Assembly: GCA_015486505.1 (NCBI GenBank)
Contig: WFRP01000068.1
Location: 1-46,514, forward strand
Source of the DNA: Pseudomonadota bacterium
Lineage (GTDB): Bacteria; Desulfobacterota; Anaeroferrophillalia; Anaeroferrophillales; Tharpellaceae
DNA length: 46,514 nucleotides
Reading direction: 5' to 3'
Shown here: positions 45,288 to 46,514 of the stretch, piece after piece
Position numbering within the stretch: position 1 is the first letter of the stretch
Layout: the number at the start of each line of letters is the position of its first letter
The notes under the pieces: generated by a model
Database searches by the model: none
Told to the model about the DNA's origin: nothing
What the model saw: the letters and a program-made list of their open reading frames with translations, nothing else
Program-made: the position numbers and the translations under genes

Positions 45288-46514
45288 ATGACTAAAAACC
45301 ATTTATGGCAGGGAACCCGCATTGCAGACGAAGAGGCCGAACAACGGCTTGATGATATTGAGCGGTTTACGCTGCCGCATATTGGCAGCAAATTCCCGCT
45401 GGAATATCTGCTTGAAAAGATGCAGACATTTCACGAAAAATTGCTGGAGAAGGGAGCGGCTTATGAGCTGTTTGTCAGCAAAGCAATGCAAATACACTCA
45501 GCTGACAGAGGGAAAGCTGAGGCTGTTCTTGATTCAATAATTTCCTTTATTTCCAAAGATAATCTGGAGAAGAAATTATACAGTGAACTCGGGACGATTA
45601 CACCTTTCAGTGCCGAACGCCCATTAATGAAAGAAACCCATTTTGAAAGCTGGGAAGCTCTGGGAACTTTAGTTCATATCGCGCCCACAAATGTTTTTGC
45701 GGTGCCGGTAATGTGTGTTATCGAGGGGCTTTTAAGCGGAAATATTAATATTCTTAAAACTTCATCTACTCAAGTTCAGCTGCCGCAGCTGTTTTTCGAA
45801 ACTTTTCTCTCATTTGATGATGAAAACCGGCTGCGCCCCTACATTATAATTCTTGAGTTTTCGTCGGGAAATGAAACCCTGCTGCAGAAAGTCATTAATG
45901 CAGCCGATGCCGTATCCGCCTGGGGCGGAGAGAATGCGATTGCAAGCCTAAGACAAATGACACCTCAAGGTGTACGGTTTATTGAGTGGGGGCACAAGAT
46001 ATCATTTGCTTATTTCGCCAAAGGTTCTGAACAGGATTCCGATGCAATCGAACAGGTATGCCGGGATGTATGTCTTTTTGATCAAAACGCCTGTTCCAGT
46101 CCTCAGGATGTCTTTTTGGACACGGAAGACTTTGCTGAACTCAAACGATTTGCTGAAAGATTTGCGGCGGTTTTAGATAAAGTCGCGCAGGAGATGCCTG
46201 GAGAAATACCTTCAGATCCGGCCCAGGCTGAAATCAGCACAATGGTTGCAATTGCCCGGACCGAAGAAGCCCTCAACTTAACCAAAGTTTTCTCGGCTGA
46301 AGATTTCTCCTGGTCGGTTATCGCGGATAAGCGCAGTGGGCTTTCAATCTCGCCGTTATTCAGAAATGTAATCATAAAACCACTGCCGGAAAAAGATATA
46401 ATAGCAACCCTGCATCCAATGAAACGCTACCTGCAGACCGTTGCATTGGTGGCAAAGCCCACTGCGGTTATCCCCCTCGCGCGAAAATTCTTTGCCGCCG
46501 GCTGCCTCCGTATC
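45288..46514 (+). CDS. LuxC-family acyl-CoA (acyl-protein) reductase, 3'-truncated by the window edge
   Basis: ATG lies 3 nt after the luxE-like stop. The frame is open for 409 codons to the window end and is not in the track because no stop is present. ALDH-like active-site stretch FDQNACSSPQ and LuxC-like HIAPTNVF. Confidence 0.75.
   Translation, partial: MTKNHLWQGTRIADEEAEQRLDDIERFTLPHIGSKFPLEYLLEKMQTFHEKLLEKGAAYELFVSKAMQIHSADRGKAEAVLDSIISFISKDNLEKKLYSELGTITPFSAERPLMKETHFESWEALGTLVHIAPTNVFAVPVMCVIEGLLSGNINILKTSSTQVQLPQLFFETFLSFDDENRLRPYIIILEFSSGNETLLQKVINAADAVSAWGGENAIASLRQMTPQGVRFIEWGHKISFAYFAKGSEQDSDAIEQVCRDVCLFDQNACSSPQDVFLDTEDFAELKRFAERFAAVLDKVAQEMPGEIPSDPAQAEISTMVAIARTEEALNLTKVFSAEDFSWSVIADKRSGLSISPLFRNVIIKPLPEKDIIATLHPMKRYLQTVALVAKPTAVIPLARKFFAAGCLRI

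Overview
46.5-kb bacterial chromosomal window, about 50-55% GC by eye, with gene content typical of an anaerobic deltaproteobacterium-like organism (low-confidence inference). Positions 1 to about 40,170 are core genome. On the + strand: a two-subunit CoA-transferase, sppA, a three-gene archaeal-type split glutamate synthase, purF, a NUDIX hydrolase, nadE, two methyl-accepting chemotaxis proteins and a periplasmic Cache protein. On the - strand: a UspA protein, tkt-pgi-glk, an arsR / octaheme cytochrome c / cytochrome b operon and a TolC-MFP-RND efflux operon. A PEP-CTERM/exosortase-type exopolysaccharide export cluster follows, with the export, chain-length determinant, tyrosine kinase and ATPase genes on + and the exosortase-EpsI fusion on -. 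From about 40,170 to the window end lies a visibly AT-rich accessory region with all genes on +. It holds a secreted hypothetical protein, a 61-aa plus 180-aa gene pair bracketed by two structured attC-like direct repeats, vapBC, and a LuxE/LuxC-family pair that runs off the window. Three findings stand out. (1) The octaheme tetrathionate-reductase-family cytochrome is one 545-codon frame with a single in-frame TGA, followed by a hairpin closely resembling the E. coli fdhF SECIS apex, so it is a candidate selenocysteine-containing multiheme cytochrome. (2) A mosaic MITE/BIME-like repeat family fills most intergenic gaps, and one 399-bp copy has terminal inverted repeats and a perfect 8-bp target-site duplication. 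(3) The attC-like repeats define a cassette-like unit in the AT-rich region. I recognised no rRNA, tRNA or CRISPR array. All coordinates were counted by hand and cross-checked against the frames of the supplied ORF track.
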